Assembly (NCBI GenBank): GCA_041562415.1
Contig: JBFEXY010000001.1
Location: forward strand, 1-34,833
Reading direction: 5' to 3'
DNA from: Woeseiaceae bacterium
GTDB taxonomy: Bacteria; Pseudomonadota; Gammaproteobacteria; Steroidobacterales; Woeseiaceae
DNA: 34,833 nucleotides
Part shown: positions 33,578 through 34,833 of the stretch, in pieces
Position numbering within the stretch: position 1 is the stretch's first letter
Layout: each line of letters begins with the position of its first letter
Made by a program: the position numbers and the translations under genes
Notes under the pieces: model-generated
Told to the model about the DNA's origin: nothing
The model's database searches: none
The model's input: the letters and a program-made list of their open reading frames with translations, nothing else

Positions 33578-34833
33578 GTGGTCGAGAAGCCATTTCGGAG
33601 GTCAAGTCGCCGGGTCGCCCTCGAGGCGCTCCACGACTTCATGCCCCGCGCCGGTGCAGACTATACGTCGCGCCGCAATTTCGACCACGGTCCAGCAAAG
33701 CACGACCACGTGTCGATGTTATCGCCATATATTCGACACCGGGTGATTCATGACGCGGAAGTACTCGACGCGACGCTCGACGTTCACGGCGCTTCCGGCG
33801 CGTCAAAATTTATCGAAGAAATTTTCTGGCGGTCCTACTTCAAAGGATGGCTTGAACAGCACCCGACCGTATGGTCCGACTACCGGGCAACAGTCAGCGG
33901 GTTGATCGAGTCGTTGGATTCGAATGGCGACCTGCGCAGTCGCTACGAGGCGGCGACCGGAGCCTCTACCGGGATAGACTGTTTCGACGCCTGGGTGTCA
34001 GAACTTGTCTCTACCGGTTACCTGCACAATCACGCGCGAATGTGGTTTGCGAGCATCTGGGTGTATACGCTTCGGCTACCCTGGCAGCTCGGTGCAGATT
34101 TCTTCTATCGACATCTCGTGGACGGAGATCCTGCAAGCAACACCTTGAGCTGGCGTTGGGTCTGCGGTCTGCACACAAAGGGCAAGACCTACCTGGCTCG
34201 GGTTTCCAACATAGTCAGCTACACGGGCGGACGCTTTGATCCCGGTGGGCAACTCGCGCACGAAGCGCCACCGCTCCGAGAGGCGCGAATACATTCGCGT
34301 CGTCCGCTTCCAGCGACAGAAAAGATTCCGGCGCGTGCATCCTTCGGATTGCTCATAACAGAAGAGAACTGCTCGCTCGAAACAGTAGAAATGGACCGGC
34401 CGCCGATCGCCGTGATGGGGGCCGTAACAACCAATTCGCGGTCGCCGTTGCCGGTTGGCTTTCCGGCACGCGAGTTCGCAATGGGAGCCGTTGCCGACGC
34501 CGTGGATCGGGCAGCGCGAAAATACGGTATCCCCGCGCAGGGCGTGCGCAGCGAAGACTGGGAAGCCGCACTGGTTGCCTGGGCACGCTCAAACGGTCTG
34601 GATACGATCGTAACGGCATATGCTCCGGTAGGGCCGGTGGCCGAACGGCTCGCACGGGCTCGGCACTCACTGGCGGGGCACGGCGTTGAATTAGTTCAGG
34701 TCATGCAAAGCTACGATACCTGTGTCTGGCCTCACGCGGCCGGGGGCTTTTTCAAACTGAAATCCCGCATCCCTGAATTGCTCCGCGAACTCGGACTCGT
34801 CGGGGCGGACGACAAATCGCGGCGCATTGCCGG
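33578..34833 (+). CDS. Photolyase/cryptochrome-family FAD-binding protein with the helical FAD domain at the N-terminus; 3' end lies outside the window
   Basis: I translated this frame codon by codon; it is open from 33548 to the window end, and because it has no stop in the window it is absent from the ORF track. Motifs: RRVALEALHDFMPRAGADYTSRRNF, MLSPYIRHR, TGIDCFDAWVSELVSTGYLHNHARMWFASIW and LVDGDPASNTLSWRWVCG, all photolyase FAD_binding_7-type. GTG 33578 is the first start after an in-frame TAA at 33545. Confidence 0.85.
   Translation, partial: MVEKPFRRSSRRVALEALHDFMPRAGADYTSRRNFDHGPAKHDHVSMLSPYIRHRVIHDAEVLDATLDVHGASGASKFIEEIFWRSYFKGWLEQHPTVWSDYRATVSGLIESLDSNGDLRSRYEAATGASTGIDCFDAWVSELVSTGYLHNHARMWFASIWVYTLRLPWQLGADFFYRHLVDGDPASNTLSWRWVCGLHTKGKTYLARVSNIVSYTGGRFDPGGQLAHEAPPLREARIHSRRPLPATEKIPARASFGLLITEENCSLETVEMDRPPIAVMGAVTTNSRSPLPVGFPAREFAMGAVADAVDRAARKYGIPAQGVRSEDWEAALVAWARSNGLDTIVTAYAPVGPVAERLARARHSLAGHGVELVQVMQSYDTCVWPHAAGGFFKLKSRIPELLRELGLVGADDKSRRIA

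Noticed and set aside
33477-34239. Track ORFs 33477-33746 and 33871-34239 (+), and 34076-34670 (-)
   Set aside because: They are off-frame or antisense within the long open frame 33578 to the window end, which carries unmistakable photolyase FAD-domain motifs. That true ORF is missing from the track only because it has no stop in the window.
1-34833. Search for rRNA, tRNA, tmRNA, CRISPR arrays, integrases, transposases, phage or defence-island genes
   Set aside because: Coding density is very high, and every long ORF I accept has a housekeeping or envelope-related signature. No tandem repeat-spacer structure, cloverleaf-sized conserved gap or recombinase motif was seen. The only mobile-like item is the 155-bp inverted-repeat element.

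Overview
This is a GC-rich, densely packed chromosomal core segment with gammaproteobacterial-type gene order. I saw no rRNA, tRNA, CRISPR array, integrase or transposase. About 37 protein-coding genes are supported. On the plus strand: sdhB (3' part)-sdhE-ygfX, then the E. coli-like block rpoE-rseA-rseB-rseC-(glutaredoxin-like)-lepA-lepB-(DUF4845)-rnc-era-recO-pdxJ-acpS. These are followed by a stand-alone PolB-exo-like 3'-5' exonuclease, rlmD, nagZ and a PAS + degenerate-GGDEF protein. On the minus strand: a csiV-like gene, mfd and a small secreted protein. Next come lolC-lolE-lolD, DUF2062 (minus) and comEC, then a very tightly coupled string exbB-exbD-msbA-lpxK-kdsB-Kv-type K+ channel. Most of the window is ordinary housekeeping; many ORF-track starts are over-extended and I re-set them from SD, overlap and homology logic. 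The part most worth a second look is the right end (about 31.99-34.83 kb). It holds a MerR-family (LitR/CarH-like) regulator lacking the B12 His motif and carrying a Cys/His-rich C-terminal domain. A TTGTCTA half-site is shared between the regulator's own promoter and a perfect palindrome abutting a consensus -35 downstream. That promoter is followed by a roughly 100-nt hairpin RNA with a 16S-like anti-SD loop and a textbook intrinsic terminator. Two SD-led micro-ORFs below the ORF-track cutoff come next, then a photolyase-family flavoprotein whose domains appear circularly permuted and which runs off the window. I read this as a candidate light- or photo-oxidative-stress-responsive module. 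Secondary observations are a 155-bp inverted-repeat element upstream of mfd, an msbA with no canonical start codon (probable ATC start), a Kv channel with a C-terminal zinc ribbon, a degenerate GGDEF with retained I-site, and 11-bp-phased AT-rich repeats upstream of nagZ. All family assignments come from motif recognition by eye; no database search was possible.
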